Positions 38,669 through 50,973 are shown, counted from the first letter of the stretch. The stretch: DNA of 64,000 nucleotides from Muribaculaceae bacterium (GCA_017621225.1 JAGATN010000008.1:62952-126951); one strand, 5' to 3'. The notes: generated by a model not told the origin, from the letters alone. Translations and numbers: made by a program.

Positions 38669-39592
38669 ATGGTTCAGAACACATATCACATACCGGCCCT
38701 GCTAACACAGTCAATCGACGCCCTATCATTGCGTAGCGACGGCATTTACGTCGATGCCACTTATGGAGGTGGGGGCCATTCCAAAGCCATCGTCGAGCGC
38801 CTGTCGCCGCAAGGACATCTGTATGCATTCGACCAAGACGACGAAGCCGTGGCGCGCGCCATGACCGACGAACGATTTACAATCGTATATTCCAACTTCC
38901 GATTCCTGTCAAATTTCATGCGCTTCTATGGCGTTGACAAGGTTGACGGCATTCTCGCCGACCTCGGAGTGTCGTTCCATCACTTCGACGACAGTTCGAG
39001 AGGATTTTCATTCCGATTCGACAGCAATCTCGACATGCGCATGAACCGCAACGCTCCGCACACGGCCGAATGGGTGATAAACAACTACGACGAAAGCCGG
39101 TTGGCCGACATATTGTATCTGTTCGGCGAACTGAAAAATTCACGACGCATCGCTTCGGCGTTGGTAAAGGCACGAGCCAACGAACCCATACGCACGGTAG
39201 AGCAACTGCTGTCGGTAATAAAGCCATTCATCAACCCCCGGCAGGAAAAGAAAGAGCTGGCCATGCTGTTCCAGGCACTGAGAATAGAGGTGAACGGCGA
39301 ACTCGAAGCACTGAAGCAGTTCCTGTGCCAAGCCGTAAAGGTGCTGCGCCCCGGAGGCCGACTGGCCATAATAACATATCACTCGCTCGAAGATCGACTG
39401 GTGAAAAACTTCATGCGCACCGGCAACTTCAACGGCGAAGTGGAAAAAGACTTCTTCGGCAAGATAAAATCGCCGATGAAACTGATCACATCGAAACCCA
39501 TCGTTCCCGACAACGACGAAATAACCGCTAATCCGCGCTCCCGAAGCGCAAAATTAAGAGTGGCCGAAAAACTCAACGACAATGCCGACTAA
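38669..39592 (+). CDS. rsmH: 16S rRNA m4C1402 methyltransferase
   Basis: VDATYGGGGHS, DLGVS, LDMRM, FQALRIEVN, YHSLEDR and NPRSRSAKLR motifs. Confidence 0.97.
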   Translation: MVQNTYHIPALLTQSIDALSLRSDGIYVDATYGGGGHSKAIVERLSPQGHLYAFDQDDEAVARAMTDERFTIVYSNFRFLSNFMRFYGVDKVDGILADLGVSFHHFDDSSRGFSFRFDSNLDMRMNRNAPHTAEWVINNYDESRLADILYLFGELKNSRRIASALVKARANEPIRTVEQLLSVIKPFINPRQEKKELAMLFQALRIEVNGELEALKQFLCQAVKVLRPGGRLAIITYHSLEDRLVKNFMRTGNFNGEVEKDFFGKIKSPMKLITSKPIVPDNDEITANPRSRSAKLRVAEKLNDNAD

Positions 39593-39944
39593 GACAAAGA
39601 AACATCACACGGGTCCACAACGGTCGATATTCGGCCAGTTGATATACGGACGAGTCATTTCGAGCGATTTCTTCGCCCACAACTGGCTCGCGATCTTCAC
39701 CATAATAGTGATGATACTCATTTACATCACCAACAAGTATCACAATCAGACGAAAATGGAGGAGATACGCGCCCTGAACCGACAGCTCGAAATAGTTAAG
39801 ACAGAAAGAATACGCGCGCGCAGCGAATATATGAGTCGCACGCGCGAATCGTCGATGCAGAGCCTCGTCGATTCACTCCACCTCAACCTTCACGTTCAAG
39901 ACGCTCCCCCTTTCAAATTAAATAACAGCAATGAAGAAAGATAA
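39582..39944 (+). CDS. ftsL: FtsL-like cell division protein
   Basis: Single TM plus coiled coil, located between rsmH and the PBP gene. Confidence 0.8.
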   Translation: MPTKTKKHHTGPQRSIFGQLIYGRVISSDFFAHNWLAIFTIIVMILIYITNKYHNQTKMEEIRALNRQLEIVKTERIRARSEYMSRTRESSMQSLVDSLHLNLHVQDAPPFKLNNSNEER

Positions 39945-42012
39945 TCGCACACACATTCTTTTCCGATATGCATTGGTGATAGCAGGCATAATGCTATTGT
40001 CAGGGGCCATCGTCTACAAGCTCGTCGACACCACCATCATTTCGGCCGACGAATGGAACAAGAAGGCCATGAACGAGCTGTCGAAAACGGTGGCCATACT
40101 TCCGGAACGCGGAGACATTCTCGCCGCCGACGGCAGTCTGCTTGCCACGAACCTGCGATACTACACGCTGCGCATCGACTTCCGCAGCGAACGATTCATG
40201 GAACTCAAATACCGTGCCGCACTCGACAGCCTGGCCGACAGCCTACACCGATACTTTCCTCAACGCACCATAAAGGAGTGGCGCACCCATCTCGAGCTGC
40301 CGCTGGCCAAAGAGCGCAAGAAACGCCCGCGCGCATACAAGCTGCTCGACAACGTGTCGTATGTCGACTATCAGCGCGTGCGCACCTTCCCGTTTTTCAA
40401 AATCAAGAACCCCAACCGCACCGGATTGGTGATAGAGTCGAAGATGCGACGCGTAAACCCTTACGGCGACATGGCGCGCCGCTCGATAGGCGGCGTCGGG
40501 GCCAATGACCAATGCAGCGAGGTGCACGGCATATCGGGGCTCGAAAAGGCTCTCGACTCCCTGCTCTACGGTAAGCCGGGAGTGGCAAAAAAGATACCTC
40601 TCACCAAGGACATCGTCAACTGGACCGACATTCCGGCAACGCCGGGATTCAACATCCAAACCACCATCGACATTAAAATGCAGGACATACTCGAAAACGA
40701 GCTCAACAACGTGCTCGAGTACTGCAATGCCGACTGGGGCGTGGCCGTGCTGATGGAGGTGGCCACCGGCAACATAAAGGCAATATCCAATCTCGAAAAG
40801 AGCGCCAAGACCGGCGATTACATCGAAGGCATGAACCGCGCCGTGCTCGGATTCGAGCCGGGATCGGTCATAAAGACCATATCCATGATGATAGCGCTCG
40901 AGGATGGAATAGTGAGCAACCTCAACGAGGTGATACACACCGGAAACGCATGGGCATATGCCGGCGGTCGCCCGATAACCGACTCGCACGGAGTGCCGTC
41001 GCTTACGGTGAGCGAAGTCATCGAACGATCGTCGAACATCGGCATGTCGAAGATAATAACCCGAAAATACGACTCTCATCCGGGCGGATTCTACGCAAGG
41101 CTAAAAGGGCTGGGATTTCTCGAACCGATGCACACCGGCATAGCCGGCGAGAGAGTACCGCGAATCGACAGCATACCGTCGAATCGTGGCGGACGCATCG
41201 CCCTGTCACGACAGTGCTACGGATACGCCACGGAGATACCGCCGCTCTACACCCTCTCGCTCTACAACGCCATTGCAAACGACGGACGCTACGTGCGCCC
41301 GAGACTCGTGAACCGAGTGATGAGCGCCGAAGTCGACTCCACGCTCCCCGTCACCTACATACGCGACAGGGTGTGCAGCTCGAAAAACGCCGCAAAGCTG
41401 CGCTCCATGCTTACCAACGTGGTGTTTGGCGAACATGGCACCGGCCGTCGACTGAAAAACGACAAAGTGCCCATTGCCGGAAAGACGGGAACCTGCTACA
41501 TGATCGAAAACGGATCGTACAACACCTCGAAGAAGCGCCTTGCCTTCTGCGGATTTTTCCCGGCCGACAAGCCGTTGTACTCATGCATCGTGCTCACGTG
41601 CAACCCCAAGCAAAACGCCTTCGGTGCTGCCGGAACGAGCGGCGAGGTGCTAAAGAACGTGGCTCTCAAGCTATATTCGCGAGGAATGCTACACAACAAT
41701 TCCGAATTCATACACAACGAATCGGGCGCGTCGACCCCCACGCTATTTGCCACGGCCGACACCAAGCGTCACGACAAAGTGCGCAAGCAGCTCAGACTTA
41801 GCGGCAAACGACTCACCATATCGGCTCCCAAGCCCGCCGCCGGAGGAGTGCCCAACGTAGTGGGCTATGGTCTTCGCGATGCCATAACAGCCCTCGAGGA
41901 GGCCGGATTCAACGTGTGCTTCAACGGTGCCGGATACGTGTCGCATCAATCGCCGGCCGCAGGCACCATTGCCAAAAACGGCACTAAGATAACCCTTTCA
42001 TTAACCGAGTAA
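39931..42012 (+). CDS. ftsI: Class B penicillin-binding protein (FtsI/PBP3) with PASTA domain
   Basis: N-terminal TM; GSVIK (SxxK), SSN and KTG motifs; C-terminal VPNVVG PASTA. Confidence 0.9.
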   Translation: MKKDNRTHILFRYALVIAGIMLLSGAIVYKLVDTTIISADEWNKKAMNELSKTVAILPERGDILAADGSLLATNLRYYTLRIDFRSERFMELKYRAALDSLADSLHRYFPQRTIKEWRTHLELPLAKERKKRPRAYKLLDNVSYVDYQRVRTFPFFKIKNPNRTGLVIESKMRRVNPYGDMARRSIGGVGANDQCSEVHGISGLEKALDSLLYGKPGVAKKIPLTKDIVNWTDIPATPGFNIQTTIDIKMQDILENELNNVLEYCNADWGVAVLMEVATGNIKAISNLEKSAKTGDYIEGMNRAVLGFEPGSVIKTISMMIALEDGIVSNLNEVIHTGNAWAYAGGRPITDSHGVPSLTVSEVIERSSNIGMSKIITRKYDSHPGGFYARLKGLGFLEPMHTGIAGERVPRIDSIPSNRGGRIALSRQCYGYATEIPPLYTLSLYNAIANDGRYVRPRLVNRVMSAEVDSTLPVTYIRDRVCSSKNAAKLRSMLTNVVFGEHGTGRRLKNDKVPIAGKTGTCYMIENGSYNTSKKRLAFCGFFPADKPLYSCIVLTCNPKQNAFGAAGTSGEVLKNVALKLYSRGMLHNNSEFIHNESGASTPTLFATADTKRHDKVRKQLRLSGKRLTISAPKPAAGGVPNVVGYGLRDAITALEEAGFNVCFNGAGYVSHQSPAAGTIAKNGTKITLSLTE

Positions 42013-42028
42013 ACAAAAAAACAAGCAT

Positions 42029-43489
42029 ATGAAATCATTGTCAGACCTTCTTTCAGCCATAACGGTCGAAGAAATAATCGGTAGCGAGGATAAAGAGATA
42101 ACGTCGCTCGAATGCGACTCGCGAAAAATTCGCTTGGGATCGCTGTTCGTGGCGATAAGAGGCGTAAACGTCGACGGACACAAGTTCATTCCGCTGGTTA
42201 CGCTTGCCGGCGCGGCCGCCATAGTGTGCGAGGAATTTCCCGAACGCCTGGAATCGACCGTCACCTACATAAAAGTCACCGACACGTCGGTGGCTCTCGG
42301 ATTTCTGGCTTCGCAATGGTGGGGCAACCCGTCGCGCAAACTGAAGCTCGTGGGCGTGACAGGCACAAACGGCAAAACCACCACGGCCACGCTGATATAC
42401 GAAATGGCACGTCTGTTCGGACACAAGGCCGGACTGCTATCAACCGTATGCAACTATATCGACAACGAACCCGTACCCGCCACGCAGACCACTCCCGATC
42501 CGCTTACGCTTAACGAGCTGCTGCATCGCATGGTAGTGGCCGGATGTACGCACGCCGCAATGGAAGTGAGTTCGCATGCCGCGCATCAGCACCGCATATC
42601 GGGGCTGCACTTCACGGGTGCCGTTTTCAGCAACCTGACGCGCGACCACCTCGATTACCACAAAACAGTCGACGCATACCTCAACGCCAAGAAGTCGTTT
42701 TTCGACAATCTCCCCAAAGAGGCGTTCGCCCTCACCAACCTTGATGACAAGGTGGGAGAGGTAATGCTTCAGAACACATTGGCAAAGAAATATACCTACT
42801 CGCTGCGCTCCAACGCCGACTTCGTAGGACGCATAATCGAAAGCCGCCTCGACGGCACGCTCATGTCGTTTAACGGCAAAGAGGTGGAAGTGCTGTTTAC
42901 CGGAAAATTCAACGCCTACAACCTTACGGCGGTGTATGGCGCTTCGATACTGCTCGGATGGAACGTGGAAGACGTGCTCGTCAACATGAGTCGTCTCGTG
43001 CCGGTGGCCGGACGCTTCCAGACATTCCGGTCGGCCAACGGCATAACCGCAATAGTCGACTACGCGCACACCCCCGACGCCGTGGTCAACGTGCTCAACG
43101 CCATACGCGACGTAGTAGGCAATAAAGGGCTGATATACACCGTGGTGGGCGCGGGCGGAAACCGCGACAAGGGCAAACGCCCCATTATGGCCCGTGAGGC
43201 CGCATTGCGCAGCGACAGGCTGATACTCACCTCCGACAATCCCCGCGACGAAGATCCGGCAGAAATACTTCACGACATGGAGGCCGGACTCGACGACGAA
43301 GCCCGCCAAACCACTCTAAGCATAGTGGACCGCCGCGAAGCCATACGCACGGCTTCGATGATGGCCAAGCCCGGCGACGTAATTCTGATTGCCGGAAAGG
43401 GGCACGAGGATTATCAGGAAATAAAGGGCGTGAAGCACCACTTCGACGACCGCGAAGTAGTCAGGGAGATATTAAGCGCACTGAAATAA
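42029..43489 (+). CDS. murE: UDP-MurNAc-tripeptide synthetase (meso-DAP)
   Basis: [28 protein letters not shown] and GKGHE motifs. Confidence 0.97.
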   Translation: MKSLSDLLSAITVEEIIGSEDKEITSLECDSRKIRLGSLFVAIRGVNVDGHKFIPLVTLAGAAAIVCEEFPERLESTVTYIKVTDTSVALGFLASQWWGNPSRKLKLVGVTGTNGKTTTATLIYEMARLFGHKAGLLSTVCNYIDNEPVPATQTTPDPLTLNELLHRMVVAGCTHAAMEVSSHAAHQHRISGLHFTGAVFSNLTRDHLDYHKTVDAYLNAKKSFFDNLPKEAFALTNLDDKVGEVMLQNTLAKKYTYSLRSNADFVGRIIESRLDGTLMSFNGKEVEVLFTGKFNAYNLTAVYGASILLGWNVEDVLVNMSRLVPVAGRFQTFRSANGITAIVDYAHTPDAVVNVLNAIRDVVGNKGLIYTVVGAGGNRDKGKRPIMAREAALRSDRLILTSDNPRDEDPAEILHDMEAGLDDEARQTTLSIVDRREAIRTASMMAKPGDVILIAGKGHEDYQEIKGVKHHFDDREVVREILSALK

Positions 43490-43528
43490 TCACATAACCG
43501 CAAACAAACTCAATCACACCGACACAAC

Positions 43529-44791
43529 ATGCTGTATTATCTTTTCGATTATCTACAAACCGTTGGGTTTCCCGGAGCACGACTGATGGACTACATCACC
43601 TTCAGGTCGGGATGCGCTCTGATGCTTTCGCTGTTCATAGCTTTGGTGTTCGGCCGAAAAATAATCGACCGCCTGCAGCTAATGCAGGTTGGAGAAATAA
43701 TTCGCGACCTCGGACTCGAAGGACAGATGCAGAAAAAGGGCACCCCCACGATGGGTGGAGTGATAATAATAATATCGATACTGATACCGTGTCTGCTCGT
43801 GGGCAACCTCAGCAACGTGTACATGATATTGATGCTCGTGACCACGATGTGGCTCGGCACGCTGGGCTTTCTCGACGACTACCTGAAAATGTCGCGTCAC
43901 AACAAGGACGGAATGAGCGGTAAATTCAAGATAGCCGGTCAGATAGGACTCGGACTCGTAGTGGGCATAACCATGTATGCGAGCCCCGACGTGGTGATAC
44001 GCGAAAACGTGGAGACCGACAACATACAAAACGGCGAACTCGTGGTGACCTACAAGGCCGAAAACATCAAAACCACGCAAACCACCATTCCATTCGTCAA
44101 AAACAACAACTTCGACTATGCCTATCTGACACAATGGATGGGCGAGCACGCGCAAACGGGCGGATGGATACTGTTTGTCATCGTAATAATTATTGCCATA
44201 TCGGGCACGTCGAACGGCGCGAATCTGACCGACGGACTCGACGGGCTATGCACGGGAATATCGGCCATAATAGGCGTGGCCCTGGCCATAATGGCTTATC
44301 TGGGCGGCAACATAATCTATTCGTCGTACCTTAACATAATGTACATTCCCGGAAGCGAGGAACTCGTGGTGTACATGTCGGCGTTCATAGGCGCGCTGAT
44401 AGGCTTTTTGTGGTACAATGCCTTCCCCGCACAGGTGTTCATGGGCGACACCGGCAGCCTTACGCTCGGAGGCATAATAGCCGTATTTGCAATTCTCATA
44501 CACAAGGAATTGCTTATTCCGTTGTTATGCGCCATATTCTTCATCGAGGATTTGTCGGTGATGCTTCAGGTAACATATTTCAAATATACCAAAAAGCGTT
44601 ACGGCGCAGGCCGACGCATCTTCAAGATGACTCCACTGCACCATCATTTCCAAAAGCCGGGCAACAGCGGCATCGACGCCATTTTGCAAGCGCCCCTGAG
44701 AGCGATACCCGAATCGAAGATAGTGACGCGCTTCTGGATCATAGGCATATTTCTTGCCGCCATTACATTCGTAACGTTAAAAATTCGTTGA
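43529..44791 (+). CDS. mraY: Phospho-MurNAc-pentapeptide transferase
   Basis: KKGTPTMGG, DDYLK, NGANLTDGLDGL, FMGDTGSL and PLHHHF motifs. Confidence 0.97.
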   Translation: MLYYLFDYLQTVGFPGARLMDYITFRSGCALMLSLFIALVFGRKIIDRLQLMQVGEIIRDLGLEGQMQKKGTPTMGGVIIIISILIPCLLVGNLSNVYMILMLVTTMWLGTLGFLDDYLKMSRHNKDGMSGKFKIAGQIGLGLVVGITMYASPDVVIRENVETDNIQNGELVVTYKAENIKTTQTTIPFVKNNNFDYAYLTQWMGEHAQTGGWILFVIVIIIAISGTSNGANLTDGLDGLCTGISAIIGVALAIMAYLGGNIIYSSYLNIMYIPGSEELVVYMSAFIGALIGFLWYNAFPAQVFMGDTGSLTLGGIIAVFAILIHKELLIPLLCAIFFIEDLSVMLQVTYFKYTKKRYGAGRRIFKMTPLHHHFQKPGNSGIDAILQAPLRAIPESKIVTRFWIIGIFLAAITFVTLKIR

Positions 44792-44808
44792 CAACTCAAT
44801 AACAAATC

Positions 44809-46161
44809 ATGGAACAGAAAAAATTTCTGGTAGTGCTTGGCGGTGGTGAAAGCGGCGTAGGAGCCGCCATACTCGCCAAAGATAAAGGGATGAATGTGTT
44901 TCTATCCGATTCCGGAACCATTGCGCCTTCTTACAAGGAAACGCTCAACCGCGAAGGGATAGAATGGGAAGAAGGATCGCACGACGTGGAACGCATACTT
45001 CAGGCCGACGAAGTGGTAAAGAGCCCCGGCATACCGCCCACGGCCCCGGTGGTGCGCCAAATAATCGAACGACACATACCGGTGATATCGGAAATAGAAT
45101 TTGCCGGACGATATACGAATGCGAAGATGGTGTGCATTACCGGCAGCAACGGCAAGACGACCACCACGCTGCTTACATACCACATATTGCGAAACGCCGG
45201 AATCAACGTAGGTCTTGCCGGAAACGTGGGCCGAAGCCTGGCGCTTCAAGTGGCACGCGAAAACCATGACGTGTACGTGATAGAGCTATCGAGCTTCCAA
45301 CTCGAAAACATGTACGATTTCAAGGCCCACATAGCCGTGATGCTGAACATTACGCCCGACCATCTCGACCGCTACGACTTCAAGATGGAAAACTACATAA
45401 AGGCAAAATTCAGAATCATACGGAACCTTACGCCCGAAGACGCGTTTATATACTGGCAAGATGACCCCGTGATACAGAGCCAGCTCAAGAATATAGAAAC
45501 CGCCGCTCAGCTATATCCGTTTGCCGAGCATAAGGAAACATTGTCACATGCTTACGTCGACAATGAGGACGAAGTTGTGTTTGCCACAAACGAGACCTCG
45601 ATGAAAATGCCGCGCGCCGACTTGTCGCTAAACGGACTGCACAACCTCTACAACTCCATGGCCGCCGGCCTGTCGGCTTGCCTGCTCGACATAAAGAAAG
45701 AGGACATACGAAAAGCCCTTTCCGACTTCGAAGGCGTTGAGCACCGACTCGAATTCGTCGACGAGATAGACGGCGTGAAGTACATCAACGACTCAAAGGC
45801 CACGAACGTAAATTCATGCTGGTATGCCCTCGAAAGCATGCCTAAAAACACCATACTCATACTCGGCGGCAAGGACAAAGGCAACGACTACTCCGAGATT
45901 GAGCCTCTTGTACGCGAAAAGGTGAAAGCCATAGTGTGCATGGGCAAGGACAATGCCAAGCTGATGCAATTTTTCGAAGGAAAAGTGCCGGAATTGCGCG
46001 ACACGCACTCGCTCGACGATGCCATAGCCGCCTGCCGCGACATAGCCGTGAGCGGCGACGTGGTGCTGTTGTCGCCCTGCTGCGCAAGCTTCGACCTTTT
46101 CAAGAGCTACGAGGATCGAGGCACGAAATTCAAAGAAGCCGTAAAGAAACTAAAGTCTTGA
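44809..46161 (+). CDS. murD: UDP-MurNAc-L-Ala:D-Glu ligase
   Basis: ITGSNGKTTT, ELSSFQL, DHLDRY, NDSKATN and LLSPCCASFD motifs. Confidence 0.97.
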   Translation: MEQKKFLVVLGGGESGVGAAILAKDKGMNVFLSDSGTIAPSYKETLNREGIEWEEGSHDVERILQADEVVKSPGIPPTAPVVRQIIERHIPVISEIEFAGRYTNAKMVCITGSNGKTTTTLLTYHILRNAGINVGLAGNVGRSLALQVARENHDVYVIELSSFQLENMYDFKAHIAVMLNITPDHLDRYDFKMENYIKAKFRIIRNLTPEDAFIYWQDDPVIQSQLKNIETAAQLYPFAEHKETLSHAYVDNEDEVVFATNETSMKMPRADLSLNGLHNLYNSMAAGLSACLLDIKKEDIRKALSDFEGVEHRLEFVDEIDGVKYINDSKATNVNSCWYALESMPKNTILILGGKDKGNDYSEIEPLVREKVKAIVCMGKDNAKLMQFFEGKVPELRDTHSLDDAIAACRDIAVSGDVVLLSPCCASFDLFKSYEDRGTKFKEAVKKLKS

Positions 46162-46186
46162 ACAAACGCTAAAAATCACACTCTCA

Positions 46187-47506
46187 ATGGACACCGTAAT
46201 TACGCCGGACACCACCACCTCCGACGCACAGACCAAAGAATATGCGCCGGTAGCAAAAGCCGACAAGCACATATGGGGCATATACATATTTCTATGCCTG
46301 ATATCGATAATCGAGCTATACAGCGCCTCATCGCGCGAAGTGGCCTCGTCGTCGCTTGGCGTATACGGCCCCATAATACGCCACGCCGGGATGCTCGTGG
46401 CCGGTCTGGGCATAATATGGGTGATACAACGCACCCATTATCGCCGATTCCGACTGATAACCCCCATATTCGTTTTCATAAGCATAGCCATGATGGTCTA
46501 CGTGCTCGGATTCGGCGAATATGTCAACGGCGCGCGCCGAAGCTTCAACTTTTGCGGAGTCACCATACAGCCATCCGAGTTCATCAAGCTGTCGGCGGCA
46601 CTCATAATAGCGCTCATAATGTCGAAATCGCAGATAAAAGGAGGCGGCGTGAGCACCAAAGGGGTCGTGACGTCGGCATGCTTTGTGATGCTTTTCGGCG
46701 CTCTGCTGATAAAGCAGGGCATGACCAACACCATCCTGCTTATGTCAATAAGCCTGTCCATGATGGTGATAGGGGGTGTGGAATGGCGTAAATTTTTCAC
46801 GGTACTGGGCACTTACACGCTGTTTTTCGCCATCTTCATGCTCATATCGCATGGATCGCAGGCCGACCCGGCGGAATCCGCAACCAATCAAGTCACCACC
46901 GAGCAATCGTATGACGAGAATTCCGGCCGCATGGGCACATGGATGGCCCGCATAGAGCGCTTCATCGGCGACGGCAAGCCCAAATACCTGCAACCGATCG
47001 ACGCCAAGAACCGTCAGGAAATGTATGCCCGCATGGCACAGGCCAATGGCGGTATATTCGGAGTGTTTCCCGGAAATTCGCGCGAAACGGCCCGACTGCC
47101 GCTAGCGTTTTCCGACTACATATATTCCATCATAATCGAGGACATGGGATTGGTAGGCGGCATATTCGTACTCATCCTCTATCTGTGGTTGCTGGCAAGG
47201 GCGAGCGCCATCGCCTCGCGGTGCTCGCGCGCGTTCCCGGCGCTGCTCGTCATCGGCATGGCGGTAATGATAGTATTTCAGGCGCTGTTCCACATGGCCA
47301 TAGTGTCGGGAGTGTTCCCCGTATCGGGTCAGCCGCTGCCGTTAATATCCAAAGGGGGCACGTCGATTCTCATCACGTCGATAGCATTCGGCGTAATGCT
47401 CAGCGTAAGCCGATACTCCGTTCGCAGCGGCAAGCGCCAGGAGATAAGAGATGAAATAAACTCGCTGCCCGAAGATGTAAGAGCCGAAAACCCCACTCAA
47501 TTGTAA
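46187..47506 (+). CDS. ftsW: SEDS protein FtsW
   Basis: NGARR..IQPSEFIK, SDYIYSII and GQPLPLISKGGTS motifs; dcw position. Confidence 0.93.
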   Translation: MDTVITPDTTTSDAQTKEYAPVAKADKHIWGIYIFLCLISIIELYSASSREVASSSLGVYGPIIRHAGMLVAGLGIIWVIQRTHYRRFRLITPIFVFISIAMMVYVLGFGEYVNGARRSFNFCGVTIQPSEFIKLSAALIIALIMSKSQIKGGGVSTKGVVTSACFVMLFGALLIKQGMTNTILLMSISLSMMVIGGVEWRKFFTVLGTYTLFFAIFMLISHGSQADPAESATNQVTTEQSYDENSGRMGTWMARIERFIGDGKPKYLQPIDAKNRQEMYARMAQANGGIFGVFPGNSRETARLPLAFSDYIYSIIIEDMGLVGGIFVLILYLWLLARASAIASRCSRAFPALLVIGMAVMIVFQALFHMAIVSGVFPVSGQPLPLISKGGTSILITSIAFGVMLSVSRYSVRSGKRQEIRDEINSLPEDVRAENPTQL

Positions 47507-47513
47507 TCACGAC

Positions 47514-48632
47514 ATGACAAACGATAAGACCGAAATAAAAGTTCTAATAAGCGGAGGCGGAACCGGCGGACACATATTCCCGGCCGTTTCGATAGCCAAC
47601 GCGCTTCGCCGACACGATCCGTCGACAAAAATACTGTTCGTGGGTGCCGAAAACCGCATGGAAATGGAGCGCGTGCCCGCCGCCGGATACGAAATAGTAG
47701 GACTGCCGGTAGCCGGATTCGACCGCAAGCGGCTATGGCGCAACGTGCCGGTGCTTTTCAAACTGGCCAAAAGCATGATGCGCGCACGGAAAATATTGAA
47801 GCGGTTCAAGCCTGATATAGCCGTGGGCGTGGGAGGCTACGCCAGCGGCCCGATGCTCAAAGCCGCGCAAAGAGCCGGCATACCCACGCTCATACAGGAG
47901 CAAAACTCATATGCCGGGGTAACGAACAAGCTGCTCGCCAAAAATGCCAAAGCGATATGCGTGGCCTACGAGGGGATGGAACGCTTTTTCCCTGCCGACA
48001 AGATTAAGATAACGGGCAATCCGGTACGAGCCGACATAGTGAATGCCGAAATCGAAAAATCGGAAGCGCGCCGCGCGCTCGGGCTGCCCGCCGACAAGCC
48101 GGTGGTGCTCGTAGTGGGTGGAAGCCTCGGCGCACGAACCATAAACGAAAGCGTGGCAGCGGCTCTCGACAAGCTGTCGGAGGCAGGCATATTCGTAATG
48201 TGGCAAACCGGAAAGCTCTATGCCGAGGAATGCGAAAAAATAGCCGCCCGCTATCTCGACTCGGTAAAGGCGCAACCGTTCATTTCGAACATGGACGTGG
48301 CATACCGCGCCGCCGATCTGGTGGTTTCGCGCGCGGGAGCCGGAACGATCTCCGAAATACAGTTGGTGGGCATGCCCTCGATATTGGTTCCCTCGCCGAA
48401 CGTGGCTGAGGATCACCAACGCAAAAACGCATTGGCGCTGTCTGACAAAGGCGCGGCCATAATGATTCTCGACTCGGAAGCGCGCGAAAAGCTCGGCGAC
48501 GCGATAATATCCACCGTCAACGACAAGGAAAAGCTTGACACGCTTGCCCGCAACGCATCGAGCATGGCGCTACGCGACGCCGACCAAAAGATAATAGAAA
48601 CCATATACGGAATACTAAAAACTGACTGCTGA
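47514..48632 (+). CDS. murG: Lipid II GlcNAc transferase
   Basis: SGGGTGGHIFPA, GVGGYASGP, EQNS, GGSLGA and SRAGA motifs. Confidence 0.97.
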   Translation: MTNDKTEIKVLISGGGTGGHIFPAVSIANALRRHDPSTKILFVGAENRMEMERVPAAGYEIVGLPVAGFDRKRLWRNVPVLFKLAKSMMRARKILKRFKPDIAVGVGGYASGPMLKAAQRAGIPTLIQEQNSYAGVTNKLLAKNAKAICVAYEGMERFFPADKIKITGNPVRADIVNAEIEKSEARRALGLPADKPVVLVVGGSLGARTINESVAAALDKLSEAGIFVMWQTGKLYAEECEKIAARYLDSVKAQPFISNMDVAYRAADLVVSRAGAGTISEIQLVGMPSILVPSPNVAEDHQRKNALALSDKGAAIMILDSEAREKLGDAIISTVNDKEKLDTLARNASSMALRDADQKIIETIYGILKTDC

Positions 48633-50021
48633 ATGACAAACGACATAAACTTCAAGAATCTCTATTTCGTAGGAGCCGGCGGCATCGGCATGGCGGCCCT
48701 CGAAAGATATTTTCTGTCACAAGGGTGCAACGTGGGTGGATATGACCGTACGCCCACCGACCTTACGGCAAAGCTTGCCGACGAGGGGGTAACGATGTCG
48801 TTTGACGAAAGCGCCGAGGCCATTCCCGAGGCATTCCGCAATCCGGCCGACACGCTGGTAGTGTACACCCCTGCCGTTCCGGCATCGCACGCCGGACTGC
48901 AATACTTCCGAAAAAACGGATTCAAGGTCATAAAACGCGCCGAGCTGCTCGGACTGATTACGCGCCGCAGCAAAGGCTTGTGCTTTGCCGGCACGCATGG
49001 CAAAACCACCACATCGTCAATGGCGGCACACATACTCCACGATTCGGGCATAGGCTGCAACGCCTTCCTCGGCGGCATACTGCGCAACTACGGCACTAAT
49101 TTCCTTCTTTCAGCACAATCGCCTTACAGCGTGATAGAGGCCGACGAATACGACCGTTCGTTCCATCACCTCACGCCGCACATAGCCGTCATAACGGCCA
49201 CCGACCCCGACCATCTCGACATATACGGCACCGAAGAAGCCTATCTCGAAAGCTTTGCCAAGTTCACCGAGCTGATACAGCCGGGGGGAGCCCTCATAAT
49301 ACACGAAGGGCTCAAAATGAAGCCACGCACCGCAAAAGGGGTAACCGTGTATTCTTACGCGCGCGACCACGGCGATTTCCATGCCGAAAACATAAGCCAC
49401 GCCAACCACACCATAACGTTCGACCTCGTGCTGCCCGACAACACCCGATTCACCGGCATCGAGCTCGGAGTGCCCGTGGAGGTGAACATCGAAAACGCCA
49501 TCGCGGCACTCGCGGCCACATACCTTACCGGCGAGCTCGACGTCGAAGGCGCACGCAAGGCCATGACATCGTTTCAAGGCCCCAAACGCCGTTTCGAGTT
49601 CTGGCTCAAGACGCCCGAGCGCGTGATAATCGACGACTATGCACACCACCCCGACGAGCTCAAGGCATCTATAAGCTCCATCAAGAAGCTTTATCCCGAC
49701 CGCAAGCTCACGGTGGCGTTCCAACCCCATCTCTACTCGCGCACTCGCGACTTCGCGCGCGAATTTGCCGAAGCCCTCTCGCTTGCCGACGACGTGATAT
49801 TGCTCGACATATATCCGGCGCGCGAGGAGCCGATAGAAGGCGTAACGTCCGAGATAATATACGACAAAATAACGTCGGCAACAAAAACATTGATTTCTAA
49901 GGATTTTTTGATTGAAACGATAAAAAATCGTAACTTTGAGATTCTTTTAACAGCCGGAGCAGGCGACATATGCAATTTTTTGCCCCAAATAACGGAAAAC
50001 GCAAAGTCAAAACATTGCTGA
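48633..50021 (+). CDS. murC: UDP-MurNAc:L-Ala ligase
   Basis: GAGGIGM, AGTHGKTTTS, EADEYDRSF, DDYAHHP and FQPHLYSRT motifs. Confidence 0.97.
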   Translation: MTNDINFKNLYFVGAGGIGMAALERYFLSQGCNVGGYDRTPTDLTAKLADEGVTMSFDESAEAIPEAFRNPADTLVVYTPAVPASHAGLQYFRKNGFKVIKRAELLGLITRRSKGLCFAGTHGKTTTSSMAAHILHDSGIGCNAFLGGILRNYGTNFLLSAQSPYSVIEADEYDRSFHHLTPHIAVITATDPDHLDIYGTEEAYLESFAKFTELIQPGGALIIHEGLKMKPRTAKGVTVYSYARDHGDFHAENISHANHTITFDLVLPDNTRFTGIELGVPVEVNIENAIAALAATYLTGELDVEGARKAMTSFQGPKRRFEFWLKTPERVIIDDYAHHPDELKASISSIKKLYPDRKLTVAFQPHLYSRTRDFAREFAEALSLADDVILLDIYPAREEPIEGVTSEIIYDKITSATKTLISKDFLIETIKNRNFEILLTAGAGDICNFLPQITENAKSKHC

Positions 50022-50031
50022 GGCCCAAACT

Positions 50032-50937
50032 ATGAAGAAACTGATTCGAAGCATATTATCGATTTTGCTGGTGACATACATAATTGTCGCCCTGTCGTTT
50101 ACGTCGAAGTGGGCCGCCAGTGAAAAGTGTCGTGGCATACGCATAGCCGTCAACGACTCGATAGAGCTGCGTTTCGTCACTTCATCCGAGCTGGGAAAGG
50201 AGCTTGGCGACTTGCCCTCGCGCATCAAGGGCATGCGCATGACCGACATATCTACCGACAGCATCGAAGCATTTCTCAACTCAATCGACAAGATAGAGCA
50301 TGCATCGGTGGTGAAACTCACCGACGGCTTCATACACATCACCGTCGATCCCATGCACCCGGTGGCAAGAGTGTTTGACACGAACGAGTCGTACTACATA
50401 AACCATTACGGCAAACGCATCTCGGCCGACGCCCGCTATCATGTCGACGTGCCCCTGATACAAGGCACGTTCAACGACAGCATATTTTCAGCAAGAGAGT
50501 TATTGCCACTGGCCGAATACATCAACAACGACTCGCTTCTCAATCCGCTCATATCGATGATAAAAGTCGAATCGCCTTCCGACGTACTGCTTATACCCAT
50601 AATACGCGGACAGGTGATAAACATCGGCGAGCCGCGCGACCTCGACGACAAATTCGCGCGCCTCAAACGAATGTATCACGAAGTGCTCCCCGTGAAAGGG
50701 TGGGACTACTACGACACCCTGTCGGTGAAATGGCACGGGCAGATAGTGGCCACGCGACGACACAAAAACTTACCCGAAAACCGCTTGATAACCGAGGAGG
50801 GCGAAGAACAAGTCGACATAAACACCATGCTTACGGCCGACGGCGTAGCCCCCGGACAAACCATGCCCGGCCGCAAAGCCAAAAACGACAAACAGATACC
50901 CGCTCAGGAAACGAAGAAGCAACAAACCCAAGGTTAG
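50032..50937 (+). CDS. ftsQ: Cell division protein FtsQ/DivIB
   Basis: N-terminal TM and POTRA-like region; located between murC and ftsA. Confidence 0.8.
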   Translation: MKKLIRSILSILLVTYIIVALSFTSKWAASEKCRGIRIAVNDSIELRFVTSSELGKELGDLPSRIKGMRMTDISTDSIEAFLNSIDKIEHASVVKLTDGFIHITVDPMHPVARVFDTNESYYINHYGKRISADARYHVDVPLIQGTFNDSIFSARELLPLAEYINNDSLLNPLISMIKVESPSDVLLIPIIRGQVINIGEPRDLDDKFARLKRMYHEVLPVKGWDYYDTLSVKWHGQIVATRRHKNLPENRLITEEGEEQVDINTMLTADGVAPGQTMPGRKAKNDKQIPAQETKKQQTQG

Positions 50938-50973
50938 ACAATACATCCCAAAAACAATAATATACTCCTACAT